Positions 1 through 12,315 are shown, numbered from the whole stretch's first letter. The stretch is 60,436 nt of DNA, filler included, from Nemertoderma westbladi (GCA_032718475.1; 3 parts of 3 records of this genome joined end to end with filler, not necessarily neighbours in it); one strand, 5' to 3'. Notes: generated by a model from the letters alone, not told the origin. Program-made: numbers and translations.

Positions 1-69
1 GAATACAGTTCTATATATTTAGTGCTAGAGAAATGTAGAGAAAAACACAATTTAAATTAGTGGAAAAAG

Positions 70-1185
70 CAATTGTTTTAGTGAACAATACAATTGTTTT
101 AGTGAACAATACGATTGTTTTAGTGAACAATACAATTGTTTTAGTGAACAATTACAATTGTTTTAGTGAACAATACAATTGTTTTAGTGAACAATACAAT
201 TGTTTTAGTGAACAATACGATTGTTTTAGTGAACAATACAATTGTTTTAGTGAACAATACGATTGTTTTAGTGAACAATACGATTGTTTTAGTGAACAAT
301 TACAATTGTTTTAGTGAACAAATACAATTGTTTTTAGTGAACAATACAATTGTTTTAGTGAACAATACAATTGTTTTTAGTGAACAATACAATTGTTTTA
401 GTGAACAATACGATTGTTTTAGTGAACAATACGATTGTTTTAGTGAACAATACGATTGTTTTAGTGAAGCAATACGATTGTTTTAGTGAACAATACAATT
501 GTTTTAGTGAACAATACGATTGTTTTAGCGAACAATACAATTGTTTTCGTGAACAATACAATTGTTTTTAGTGAACAATACGAATTGTTTTAGTGAACAA
601 TACAATTGTTTTAGTGAACAATACAATTGTTTTAGTGAACAACACAATTGTTTTAGTGAACAATACAATTGTTTTAGTGAACAATACGATTGTTTTAGTG
701 AACAATACGATTGTTTTAGTGAACAATACAATTGTTTTAGTGAACAATACAATTGTTTTAGTGAACAATACAATTGTTTTAGTGAACAATACAATTGTTT
801 TAGTAAACAATACAATTGTTTTAGTGAACAATACAATTGTTTTAGTGAACAATACAATTGTTTTAGTGAACAATACGATTGTTTTAGTGAACAATTACAA
901 TTGTTTTTAGTGAACAAATACAATTGTTTTAGTGAGAACAATACAATTGTTTTAGTGAACAATACAATTGTTTTAGTGAACAATACAATTGTTTTAGTGA
1001 ACAATACAATTGTTTTAGTGAACAATACAATTGTATTAGTGAACAATACAATTGTTTTAGTGAACAATACAATTGTTTTAGTAAACAATACAATTGTTTT
1101 AGTGAACAATACAATTGTTTTAGTGAACAATACAATTGTTTTAGTGAACAATACAATTATTTTAGTGAACAATACAATTATTTTA
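70..1185. repeat. 21-bp minisatellite (CAATTGTTTTAGTGAACAATA)n, ~50 copies
   Basis: Directly visible tandem array with no spacers. Each unit contains the inverted repeat ATTGTT-ttagtg-AACAAT. It explains all the low-complexity ORFs at 60-1188. Confidence 0.97.
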
Positions 1186-1449
1186 TAAAATAAAAAATGT
1201 CTTCAGATAAAGCATATTTTTTAAAGATGCGCCTGTCTTTCTGATTCCAAATATATGCATGTCATTTTTCGAAAAAAATTGACTTTGACGGTTTTGACAT
1301 GTAAGGGCCGAATAACCAAGCTGGCTTATTAGTCTGGCTCATTACAATGCTGCATTTGAGTAGATGTGAGGTGTGGTTGGACTGGTTCCCCTTCCAAGCT
1401 TGGCTAGACATTGGCTAACGAAGGAGGGAGCTATAGCTGGAGACAGGGC

Positions 1450-1680
1450 ATTTTAATAAGTTAATTACGTTTAGATCAATTAAAAACACATTTCTTAAAG
1501 CAAATCCCTTAAACTACAGTAATTAAAAACTATAATGGAATGGGGTATCGGGTATACAGTTGTATAATTGTTAAGTATAATTATTTAAATCTTACACTAG
1601 AAAATAATTAATATCCTTTAAGAGGCAGGTTGAAAATGCTGCTTTTACCCTAATCAACTTAATTATCAACTTAATTAACT
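1450..1680. repeat. Dispersed repeat, inverted copy at ~15000-15240
   Basis: TAATAAGTTAATTACGTTTAGATCAATTAAAAACACATTTCTTAAA here; its near reverse complement is at ~15185-15230, and the similarity extends across the flanks. Confidence 0.7.
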
Positions 1681-1719
1681 AATTAACTGCTATTATCTTA
1701 GCTTCTCGAAGGCCACATT

Positions 1720-1907
1720 GAAATTCAACTTGGAAAATTTAAACTTTTGCCAGAATACAAGTCATGTGTACCAAGTTTGGATAGATTTCATTAACATTTG
1801 GCTGAGTTATTAACGTTTAAAATTGAACGCGACAGAACGACAGATACACCGATTGAGTTAGTGATACCCGTATGCTAAGCTCGCTTACTTACGTGGCTCG
1901 CCCCACA
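1720..1907 (+). mobile_element. 3' end of Helentron/HINE-like non-autonomous element
   Basis: Ends in GCTAAGCTCGC...CGTGGCTCGCCCCACA, nearly identical to the end of the 54770-56293 element. The family assignment is inferred from architecture. Confidence 0.5.
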
Positions 1908-4329
1908 AAAAAGGAAACACTTTTTTTGTCAACAAAAAAGTAATGTTGAATTAAATTTCAAAGTAATTTCCAGGACATTGATTTGTTATACAAGCTAGGT
2001 TTTGGTAATTTTTTTATAAATGTTCCAGAACTTGTGTAAGCTAGCAATTTTGATAAATATTTTTTGTTCTAGAACACATTTTTATTTTTTATACTAGCTA
2101 GTCTTTTCTACATATTTTATAAATGTTATAGAACACGTGTTAGTTAGAAATTTTGGTAACTATTTATGTTCTAGAACACATTTTTTTTGTAACATTTTTT
2201 GGAAAAAAAATACCATCCTACTGTCAGGTCAAATATTTCTTCTAGAAAAAAAAACCTAATGATAAAAACCTTTTTCATATGAAAAAAATTAGTCAAACTA
2301 TGGGTACCCAAGGTGTATTAATGTCAATATTGATGCTGAAATAGGCCCAGATAAAAATTTATAACAAATAAAACGACAGGAAATATATTAAAAATAATGG
2401 CTGGGGTTGATTAGGTATAGTTAGCTGAGGGTGAGGGTGAGTCGGTTATAGTAGAAAGGGACGTAGTGCGACCGCGTGGTAATGCTGTCGGGGACTTAGG
2501 CATTCAACGAGACCTCGGTGAATGAAAACGGCTAGCTTAGAATTTAATAAAATGTAAATAATGGAGCCCGGTTGTTTTTTTTATTTCGAAAGCCGTTTGA
2601 GTTCTGTATTTATGCCATTCAAACTCTCATTGGTTACGGTAACAATTATGAACGTATGATAAAATAAAATTACCAATAATCTGCCTACAGAATTCATGAT
2701 ACAAATTTCCCTTCAGTTCTTTATGTAACAAGAAAAATATAAGCATTTAATTGAATTTCAACAACAAAAACTTTCAGAGCATCTCAAAATTATCTCGAAA
2801 ATTTTATTTCGTTGGCCCTTTCTGGGTATATAGGCCTAATTAACTTAATATTTCGATGATATTTATGATTCCAGAATGTACTGTATGTTTGAATTAAGTA
2901 AAAAAACAAGCAATACAGCACAGTATTGCGTGCCTACTTTTCACTTTCTCAATTTATTCGCCATTGAGCAAATTATTTTGGTTTCCTAAACAAAATTTAG
3001 ATTTTCTAATTTTTTTCTGACCGTTTAGAAACTTTTCACAGTAAACATTTTGAAAAAAACCCTGCTGGGAGCTATCAGGTAAAATACCTCGGTGAAGTAA
3101 TTAGCGACTTCGCGAGTATCACTGCTTCAAATACTTTTGTTACATTATGTCAACTTAACAGTGTTCTGGTGAATTACTCATAACGCTGCAAAGTAATCAA
3201 TGACATGGAAACGACTCCAATTACCGTATTCCAGAATTTATTATTTCCATTTATGTTAATGAGTGCTGCTTTATTAACCGGTTTGCAGTGAAGGGACTAC
3301 AGACAGAACTAGCTACAGTATGTAAATAACAATTGTTTAACGAATATTGTATTCCATTATCGCGAAACGTCCAATAGAAGACACTAAAATAGGAAAGAAA
3401 GTGAAGACAGTGTTCAGTAAAACTGAACGGACACAGACGGTGACTAAGTTTGCTTCAGTCGACTATAGTGAAGATGGATTAATGATTTATCACATTCACG
3501 CATGAGATAACTTCCAATAAACTTTAATTAGATTTAAATGTATAATTAATACATATTAATTAATTTTTGTACCTGTTTATAAATTTAACTTATATTCGAT
3601 ATATTTAGTACATGATTAAAATGTATTAATGAATATCCATAAAATCCTTTCTTCACATACCGAACGCTGATAAGTTGACATAATGTAACAAAATTACATA
3701 CACAAGAGCCGGGCCTAGCGCCCCGTGAAGCAAGTCGTAGGAGACAGTACGAGTCAAGAAAAAGCTTTTTATTCTGTCTGATGTTCTTATTAGTGTGAGG
3801 GTAGTCCCGGTGGTGTACGAGAAATTTTATAGACAACTTAAACTATAATTATTATGTTGTATATGAATTATGAAAGCTGCTGTGATTATAGAAGATAGAG
3901 AGCAGTTAGCGAAATGATTATTTTATTCTATCGGATAGAGTAGTCAGAGAGGAGTCGAGGTGTTAATTGATTAATAATAATAACAGCAGTTGTCATGAAT
4001 TCAATACAATCGCGCACAAGAAGTGATAAGACAAATTCGTTCTTATTTTTGTAATAAATAAAACAAGTTGAGATGTTTCAATGTAAACCGCGATTAACAA
4101 TTTACACTGTTCAATGTAAACCGCGATATTAATTAAATACAACAATTATATTATTATTATATAACAGATTTTCATATTTCATACTATAATGTTAGCCTTA
4201 TGGAGAATCATTATGAGGCTGAGTAAACATTCAGCCTTATAAGCATACAGCCTCCACAGTATTAATGTTGGCACAAAGATTTCAAAATAAAACAATAATT
4301 AGATGAGAGCATAGTACAATACACTGAGT

Positions 4330-4810
4330 AGCCAACACACTGTTTAACTAACAGTCATTTAGCTTGCACGCCAATTAATTAACATAGCAAGGATGCATTG
4401 GGAAGAGTTATTCAGCTGAGACTGTAATAGCCAGCTAAACCAGTTAATGTTTGCTTACTGTCTGGGTTGTACAGTAGAGTTAGAGTGATAATTAAAACTT
4501 GGCAGAGAAAGTACTTCTTTGTTAGTTGCCCTTCCTATTGAATGCATTACCAGGCCATCTCTATACATTTTTCAAGAGTGCCACCTGGTGTTTTATCATT
4601 GCGCCTATGGCAATTTTCGTGTTTTGGGGCTATTTTTCGAAATAAAACAAATTGAGATGTTTCAATTTAAACCGCGATTTCACAAGTACCCTTAGAAATC
4701 GATTTTCATGGTCCATGCAAAATTTCATCCAAATCGTTAGAGCCGTTTTTGCTCTAGGTCAGTAGTCAGTAGTCAATAGCCAGTAGTCAGTAACCAGTAG
4801 CTTTTTTTTC
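4330..4810 (+). mobile_element. HINE/Helentron-like dispersed repeat with (AGTCAGT)n microsatellite; related copy ~37390-37900
   Basis: Shares GGGAAGAG(T/C)TATTCA, TTACTGTCTGGGTT and GTGTTTTGGGGCTATTTTT blocks with 37470-37740. A terminal microsatellite follows AAATTTCATCCAAATCG. Confidence 0.5.
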
Positions 4811-4854
4811 TTGCAGTAATCAAGTCTAACGACTTCCTAATCATTGCTTGCAAA

Positions 4855-4960
4855 TGACACTTTTCAGCGTTAAAGACCCTTGTTTATTCATGTAAACTTC
4901 CCTCGCTGCGCTCGCTCGGTACATAAATAAACTCGGGTCGTAACGCTGCAAAGTGCTACT
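4855..4960. repeat. Short palindromic dispersed element, inverted copy at ~42428-42520
   Basis: CAGCGTTAAAGACCC...CTCGCTGCGCTCGCTCG...GGGTCGTAACGCTG is matched on the opposite strand at 42430-42515. Confidence 0.55.
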
Positions 4961-5859
4961 TTACACACAACAATGATGTAAATAGTTATTGCCAGAATGT
5001 TAATAGAACAGACAGGCCGATAAGATTTTGGTATAATTGGGTCATAACTTTCTCCTTTGAATATTCGTGTCAGTGCAGTTTTCCCAAAAACTGCCTGAGT
5101 TGAACAAAGAAATAATGAAGCTTGGAGCCTGGATGTAAGGAACTGCGGCGCATGACCATAACATAAAGCACTAGACTAGACAGCGTTTTAGAACCAGGCA
5201 CGTATAGGTGCAAGCAGCAACGTTCTACAGGCTGCGAATATATCGAATTAGAATCGGACCTCAACTTACCCGAATTGAGTCATAAAAAAAACTATTCAAT
5301 TTAAGTCAAAATTTTTAAATTTTGTTATAGTTTTGAGTTTGATGTATTTAGCTAATCAATAGTTTAACGTGAAGAACAAAATAAATGATAATAATACTTT
5401 AGGTTTTATAAACAATAAATAATCTGGTATAAAAATACCAGAATAAATCACAATAAATTCAATTTATTTCATTCCAACATACAAGTAAAAGGTAAAACGA
5501 ATGTATCGCATATTTGTACATATAAAAATAGAGACAAAGGGGGGGAGGGTTGACGGATAATCCCATCCCGGAGAATTAATTAATGTTATTTGTGTTAATT
5601 TAAACAAAACGCAAACAAGATTCAATAGCAACAGCTTACAGTTTCAGTTTTCCTTCGTAAATTGGGCTACTTTCCCCTGGAAAGGATTCTATTTCACTGG
5701 CGTCATCAACCCCCCCCCCCCCCCCCGTATCTGTAAATATATCGCCAATCGAACCTAAGGGTGAGGTTGTAGCGTAAACCAATAATTAGCATGAAAATAA
5801 TATATAGTTGAAATTCTACGGACCCTTCTCCCTACTATAACTATAGCACATCAACAAGA

Positions 5860-8754
5860 CTATCTGGATTTATCGTCTACCAAATTACCCAAACGCTCAA
5901 GTTGACTTTGCGACTTTTTAATAGCCTCGCACATTTCCTCAGCGGAGTTGGTGTAACTCTTAGAAACTCGAGACCAAAGTGTCTTCATATCGTTGGCGGA
6001 AACGAGACCACCCCGAGTAAGAGACATCTCCTCGAAGCCGCCGGCCAACCAATCGACCTGCAGCCTTCCAACACAACGCAACGCGCAACCGATAGCGTCG
6101 GATAAACCGAGTTGGGCCTCTCGGAACCCGATATAAACCGGGTCCGAGTCAACCCAACTCGTGTGTTTCTTCCGTCTACCGGAAGGTCCCGCACGACTTC
6201 CCACCAAATGGATACATATTTCTAGAACTTTTGTGCAAACCGAAATACTTTCTATAGTCAAAGCCGCGTTGTATAAATAATCTGATTCGATAGACAATTC
6301 CCCGTCATCCGCAGTCCGAATAAACTCGGTCTCTTCGCACCTTTTACAGACTTCAGAGAGAGCGGATAGGAAGTCGCGGATTAACGTGAGGTTTACGGAG
6401 GCCTTAGCAGAGGGTTCCCCCGGGAGTGATAATTCCGCACTCGCAAGGAGGAGAGAGAAAGCTCGCAGCCACAACTCGTCGTGCCCGAAACCCAGGAACA
6501 GCCGGAGGGGCGACTCGGGGGGTTCACGGATCCGGAGTCGACAACACAAACGCGACGAGTTGGATCGGATGTCCTCGAGCAGTTCCTCGAAGTGCAGAAG
6601 TAAACCGCGTAGTCGACGGGTCGGCGTCGCTGTTCCGTTAACCAACGCACCCTCCCCAGCCCCCCGTCCCCCCTCAGTCAACAACAACGCCCCACAATTC
6701 AACAGGAGCATGGAGAAGCATCGAACCCTCAACCACGCGACCTCCATATCGAAGGAGAGTTTAGCGACTTCCTCACTCCCACGATTTACATCCAACTTAC
6801 CGAAATCGCTTAGAACCGATAAATCCCGATTATCCCTTAGGAGATCCCAGTCGGGGGCGATAAACTCCACATCCTGCAGTCCTTCTAGGTCGTCCGACAG
6901 TAGAACAACCTCTAGGAACTTCTGCTCCCAGTGAACCTTGGCGTAATGCAGCGAGCGGTTGAGTCGACGTCGCAACTCTACGATCTCGAGGATCTTCGCG
7001 AAGTTCCCCGCCTTGTAGGCGAGCGCGAGCTGCTCGGCGGTCTCCCGGTTAGCGCCGCGACTCGACTTCCCGATCTCCGTGTACCTGGTCCACGCGACCG
7101 CGTAGCGCCCCGCGGGTTGCAGCAATGACGTCATCTCGTATCCGATCGTGTCCCACAGGATGTGTTTGACATCGAGGGCCCGGAAGTGGAGCGCCGCGGG
7201 GTTGGCGGCCCCGAGCCGCGAGTAACACCGGACCAACAGGAGTCGTAGATCGAAATCCGCCGAACTCTTCTCGATCCCGGCCTCTAGGATTCCGATCGCG
7301 TGGTAGAGGTACTTGGCGCGACGCGGTTCGGTCTCCCAGAGGTCGAGGAGCACGTGGACGGTGAGGAGGAGGTAGCCATCGGCGTGCTGCACCTCGGTGG
7401 GGAGCAGCCCCGCGCCGTGGCGCAGCGCCTCGGCGTAGTAGGCGCGGAGATCCCGGGTAACCGCGAGCAACTCCTCCGGGCCCATCCGGGAGTGGACCCC
7501 GAGACGCCGGGCCATCGTCAGCCAGCCCTGGTGGCGACGCGAGTTGGCGAGGTCGGCGGGGTACCGCCGTTCGGCGACGACGACCCGCTCGACCGAGTCT
7601 AAGGCCTCCGCGAGGAACCGCTCGGGGTTCTCCACCCCCCGCAGGTAGGGCTCCAAGTCGCGGCAACACGAGGGTTTACCGCCGAACCGATGGAAGTAGT
7701 GCAGACAGAGGTCCTCGACGGAGGCCAGTTGGCCGCTGCGGGGGAGGCCGAGGGCCGACATCTCCTTGGCCAGTAGCAACCTCGCGAGGTAGGGGCCCCG
7801 CAGTCTGTGAGACCGGTTGCATTCCTCGGCTACTATCGCGTCGTTAACAACCGATACAACCTCCTCGAGGAGGTCCTTATCGGAGTCCTTCGGAGTCTCT
7901 TCGGAGTCTCCTTTGTAGGAATCTGATTGGTCGTCACTAGGCTTGACATGTTCACTGTGATTGTCGGTGTCTACCGCATTATTAATGCCAATTTGTGAGT
8001 CTCTTGTTGCGTTGGTTTCACCTGTTGATTCAGTTTCAGTTTCACTTTTTGATTTAGTTTCAGTTTCACTTTTTGCGTCGGTTACGTCACTTTCAATATT
8101 ACCCAGACCGTTAACGTCGCTATCCCCGGGTTGGGCGCCCAACCGGTCGCTTCCCGCGCCACTCTGCGCGGCCGTTGCGCCACTCCTACCGCTCCCGCTC
8201 AACGCCGACTCAACCAGCCCCCGCCACGCCGGCCAGTCGTCCGGCTGCCCACCGAGTGTCCCCGCGAAGTGCGCGAAGGCCTCGCGCCAGCGCCCCAACC
8301 GCACGAGGTAGTCCCCGACTCGGGTCGCCACGAACATCGGCTCGAAGTCGACGCCGCCGCCGGACTGCCGCGAGGAGCTCCGCCGGATCATATTCAACGC
8401 CGCGACGAACTTCCGCTGCATCTCGAGGATTATTATATAGAGACGGAGTTGGGGGCCGGACTCGGCCTGCTCCGTGGCCGAACCGTCTCGGCCTACGAAC
8501 TTCTCGGCCATCCGCTGCGCGAGCGGGAGGTACAGATTGTAGGCGACATCCCCGGACCCCTCGGACACGTTGAGCGACTCCACCGCTTGCATTACTACCG
8601 ACATTACGCTCCAGAAGTAATAGGGGTTCTTGGGACGGAGTTTGTAGAGCGACATCGCCGTCTGTTGTTGCTTTTTGTACTCGTGGAGACGGACGTAGGC
8701 CATAAACAGATGGCTGTGGTATTCCTCGTTGGTGCGTTCCTTCGCTACTGCGGC
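5860..8754 (-). CDS. NAA25: NatB auxiliary subunit NAA25/MDM20, exon 3 (last, 2895 nt)
   Basis: EEYHSHLFMAYVR...KNPYYFWSVMS, RGPYLARL, FGGKPSC and LDVKHILWDTIGY match NAA25. Acceptor ttgcag| at 8756-8755 is phase 0 and in frame with exon 2. Stop TAG at 5860-5862. Confidence 0.96.
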   Translation of the reverse strand, partial: AAVAKERTNEEYHSHLFMAYVRLHEYKKQQQTAMSLYKLRPKNPYYFWSVMSVVMQAVESLNVSEGSGDVAYNLYLPLAQRMAEKFVGRDGSATEQAESGPQLRLYIIILEMQRKFVAALNMIRRSSSRQSGGGVDFEPMFVATRVGDYLVRLGRWREAFAHFAGTLGGQPDDWPAWRGLVESALSGSGRSGATAAQSGAGSDRLGAQPGDSDVNGLGNIESDVTDAKSETETKSKSETETESTGETNATRDSQIGINNAVDTDNHSEHVKPSDDQSDSYKGDSEETPKDSDKDLLEEVVSVVNDAIVAEECNRSHRLRGPYLARLLLAKEMSALGLPRSGQLASVEDLCLHYFHRFGGKPSCCRDLEPYLRGVENPERFLAEALDSVERVVVAERRYPADLANSRRHQGWLTMARRLGVHSRMGPEELLAVTRDLRAYYAEALRHGAGLLPTEVQHADGYLLLTVHVLLDLWETEPRRAKYLYHAIGILEAGIEKSSADFDLRLLLVRCYSRLGAANPAALHFRALDVKHILWDTIGYEMTSLLQPAGRYAVAWTRYTEIGKSSRGANRETAEQLALAYKAGNFAKILEIVELRRRLNRSLHYAKVHWEQKFLEVVLLSDDLEGLQDVEFIAPDWDLLRDNRDLSVLSDFGKLDVNRGSEEVAKLSFDMEVAWLRVRCFSMLLLNCGALLLTEGGRGAGEGALVNGTATPTRRLRGLLLHFEELLEDIRSNSSRLCCRLRIREPPESPLRLFLGFGHDELWLRAFSLLLASAELSLPGEPSAKASVNLTLIRDFLSALSEVCKRCEETEFIRTADDGELSIESDYLYNAALTIESISVCTKVLEICIHLVGSRAGPSGRRKKHTSWVDSDPVYIGFREAQLGLSDAIGCALRCVGRLQVDWLAGGFEEMSLTRGGLVSANDMKTLWSRVSKSYTNSAEEMCEAIKKSQSQLERLGNLVDDKSR

Positions 8755-9569
8755 CTGCAAGGAACGGAATATATTTAGTGGAACGGTTTATTCTGTAGAC
8801 CGAGTCCGAGCAACAGGGCATATCTACTGCTGATCATCTACTATCTATAATAATATATAAATGAATTGTTGTGGAGAGACAGTGTAATAAATATATACCG
8901 TAGTTCTATAATATAATCAGATACAGATGTGGGGGGGGGGGGGGTGGGTGTGGGCTTTCGACACAATCAAATTTAAACCCTCTCCAGGCAGCCAGGGGAA
9001 AATCGATGCAAATAACAGCTGGTTACTCTCAAAAAGAAAACTGTAATCTGTTCTATTGATTTTAGTTTATTGTTTGGGTTAGAATAACCAGCCACTGTAA
9101 CCTGCTCCTTTCCTTTAATTGTTATTTTTAACATTAAGACGGGATATTAATTAATTCGCCGAAATGGGATTTGCGTGGTTGATATTTTTCGAATTGAGGA
9201 ACTTTATCATGCTAATCTCCCTGTCTCTCCCTCTTGTAACAACAGGATGGGGGACTGGGGGGAAACCACAAAAGCGACAACTGCATGTAGGCTGTGGCCG
9301 CCAGCATTGTAGGTCATAGCACAATTTGTGGCGGTAGGCGTTCGAAATAAACTGACTGGCCTCACGACGACGTTGGTGAGACACACAGTTAAGGTTAAAT
9401 GTGGAGCAATCTGGATAATCCACCGCTTGCAAAATTCGAGTAGAAATTCAATTTATGAATTTAATTCAATCATTAATAATTTATTCACAGTTGTTTATTA
9501 ACTGTGAATAAATTATTAATATTGATTATTGATAATATTTAAAAAATGTTATAAAATAAAAAATATTAA

Positions 9570-10210
9570 TAATACCAGTCCACCCCCCGGCCAGGCCCAA
9601 CACCATGCATTTTGCATTTTTTGTCTACAACTACTACTATCGGCATGCTACATAGCAGCTTCACTATATATTACATATATATTAAAAATGCTGTGCCGGC
9701 TTGTCGACAAAATTGCACCGCCACAACTCCCTATGACCCATGACATTTGCTAGATCATCCGCATCTTCAAGGCCAGTGTCCTTTAAGATGCGTCTCAAGA
9801 AAGTCATGGGCTGTCCACCATGCTTATTCACTCCATGAGGTTGCCAAAGTACAAGATTATGCACTGGCTGGTCCTTACGGCGAAAGCAATGTCCTGCAAA
9901 GTGGAGGCGGCTTTGTTGTAGTGTCAAGCTTGGGGGAACCAATGAGACACCTCCAATGTTATATAGTGTCTGGTTGGAGATGTGTGCATTGTACTTGACA
10001 CAATGAACCCGGCGTAGCATTCTTGTGAATGTGCCATCCAGAGATTTGGTGTCCTCAGCAGTTAGAGCCCAGCATGGACTCCCATAGAGGAGTATTGGAA
10101 CTACTGCTGCTCTAAATAATCGGACCTTAAGTTTCTGATTAATTATCGGTGACTTCCAAATCCTGGACAGATTATTTAACGCTGCCCAAGCCTTCCCCTT
10201 ACGCATCCGA
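9570..10210 (-). mobile_element. RTE-clade LINE 3' fragment (RT C-terminal region) in NAA25 intron 2
   Basis: ORF 9682-10206 has KAWAALNNLSRIWKS...KVRLFRAAVVPILLYGSPCW...RLHFAGHC, typical of RTE-type RT thumb regions. Confidence 0.88.
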
Positions 10211-10255
10211 AGGTATGAAGCCTTGTTGCCTATATTGGAAACACAAAGACCTGAC

Positions 10256-11398
10256 TAGGATGGCTAAAACGTCTGTCCTTAACTGATCTGATCTGATCTG
10301 ACGGTATCTGACATTTGTTCCACCTTGGTGTAGTGGTTATATTGAATTCACATCTCTCGGAAGTTGTGGGTTCAACCCCGGTATGGGAGCCAAGGTAGTG
10401 CGAAATGTAATTCAGTAACGATGAAATTCATATACAGCTGATTGCTTTCCCAATTAACTTTAACACGATATCACAATCTTCTTACTACTAATAGTACTTA
10501 ACTAATTATGTTTATGCTAATTATTTATCAACCTATTATTGCCACATGGGTGGGTGGGTGGATGGGAATGTGGGAAGGTGCCCGCTGGTTGTTTATTGTT
10601 TTGGTTAGAAAAGTCAGTCGCGGTAACATTCTCCTTTCCATCAATTGGTAGGTAACAAAATCGTTTATTGTTTTGGTTAGAAAACCCGGTCTCTGTAACC
10701 TGCTCCTTTCCCTCAAATTGTAGGTAACAACGTCGTTTTATTGTTTTGGTTAGAAATTACAGCCGCTGTAACCTGCTCTTTTCCTTCAATTGGAAGGTAA
10801 CAACAGCGTTTATTAATTCCCACATTCCCATCCACCTTCCCATATTCCTTCATAGTCTGAGTGTAAACTCCACTGTATCAGCTGGCAATCAGGGCAATAT
10901 GGGGCATGTTAATAATACTAATTATAATTAATATAATTAACTTTAACTATTAATAATGATAACTATTAACAAAAAAGATTTACCAAAATATTGCAGCAAC
11001 GGCTGTATTGTTTTTAATAAATGTTTAATGTTGCAACACAAACTAACAGACTAAATCTACGAAAGTTGTTTACATCTGAAACTATCCATCTCTGCTGGGA
11101 CAATCACACAACTTTCATACCCGCCATCCTCCATCCTATATCGCATTTTTAATATATAATAACATGCCTTTGTGCATTTAGATGCATACCGGTATGCCTG
11201 TACTGCTACGTCATATGATGATACTGATACTTAACAGGGCAACGTGAAACGTGATCCCCTATTCAGCTACTGGCAGACTGGCTATTTACCTAACAGACAG
11301 TTAGGTAAATATTATATTTCTTTCTCCTGATTGGTTATAGGATCAGATGCTGTCAGATCAGATCAGATCAGATAAGGACAGACGTTTTATTCTACCTC
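10256..11398. mobile_element. Mutator-like (MULE) non-autonomous element, copy A
   Basis: ~45-bp TIRs (AAAACGTCTGTCCTTA.CTGATCTGATCTGATCTGAC). Perfect 9-bp TSD AGACCTGAC at 10247-10255 and 11399-11407. Confidence 0.9.
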
Positions 11399-11451
11399 AG
11401 ACCTGACGGTGACCAGCAGACCAGGCAGTAGTATCAAGTAAATAAACTAAC

Positions 11452-11585
11452 TTCATAAATAATGGCAATCATATCATGTCGTCCCATATCGCGGTAACAG
11501 ATAGAGAGAGCTTGTAGTGTAGGTTCGTCTGAGGGACCAGTAGCAGAAATCTCGTCCGCTAAAACCATCGCATCTTCTTGTCGTC
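11452..11585 (-). CDS. NAA25: NAA25 exon 2 (not in ORF track)
   Basis: ttttcctag| acceptor and |gttagt donor. The 134 nt encode (G)RQEDAMVLADEISATGPSDEPTLQALSICYRDMGRHDMIAIIYE, which matches NAA25 and joins exon 1 (phase 1) to exon 3 (phase 0). Confidence 0.95.
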
Positions 11586-11754
11586 CTAGGAAAATTGTAT
11601 GAATAATAATAATAAATAATTTAGTGGGAATTAGCTAAACTAATTTAGTTAGCTGTAGTTAGTTAGATTTCTGTGTTATGGCTGTTAGGGTAATGTAAGT
11701 GAAGTACTCGGGTACTTTAAGGTTAAACAACTTCCACCCTCTTAGCTATATATT

Positions 11755-11915
11755 AAGTAAAGTAAAGTAAAAGTAAATTTTCTTCGGCCGCTAGGCCAGG
11801 GATTACGCACAAAGTCTGACGACTTATTTCCAGTGCGGTCCCCCCAGAACTTTACTCCCCAGAAGAAACACTAGTACTCATTTATCTACCATTTAAGGAT
11901 GCAAGGCAGTGATGC
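11755..11915 (-). mobile_element. SINE 3' portion with (TTTAC)n tail in NAA25 intron 1
   Basis: Shares the CTGCCTTGCATCCTTAAAT.GTAG.TAAATGAGTA core with copies at 18800-18845 and 53140-53175. Confidence 0.65.
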
Positions 11916-12137
11916 GCACTAACATCATCGCACCAACTAAACCAACAAGTCTTAGCCACACTAACTCCCAAGGTTTAACATTCGTCCTATCCAATCACTT
12001 TCGTTACCCCACAGCAGAAACTAGGTTCCGATCTAGCTGGGCTGTTGGGTTGGTGTATCCACTGCCCGCTTGTCGCTATTCCCAACCCCAACCCAGTTAA
12101 CCAAAGTATGGGGTACTTGTACTTGGACGGTTCTTAC

Positions 12138-12315
12138 CAGAGCGCCATAGTCCGACGGCTTTCAATGCTTTTACAACCACCATTGATTTCTGCTTCTTAT
12201 AGAGTCTGTCAGACATTTGTATAGCTGATTTATAGTTCCCTTGGTCTAACGCGTCGTAAATAGGTCGTAGTCGCCGTTCCTCAACATCCGTAAGAGTTCG
12301 TGTCACTAAAGCCAT
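12138..12315 (-). CDS. NAA25: NAA25 exon 1
   Basis: MALVTRTLTDVEERRLRPIYDALDQGNYKSAIQ... matches the NAA25 N-terminus (RRLRPIYD). Donor G|gtaag at 12137; 178 nt, phase 1. Confidence 0.95.

Noticed and set aside
60-1188. CRISPR-like array and repetitive ORFs (VLVNNTI, CFSEQYN)
   Set aside because: Palindromic repeats are head-to-tail with no unique spacers and no cas genes, in a eukaryotic context; the ORFs are translations of the minisatellite.
6386-8821. Several long antisense or alternative-frame ORFs overlapping NAA25
   Set aside because: Expected shadow ORFs of a GC-rich exon; no recognisable domains.
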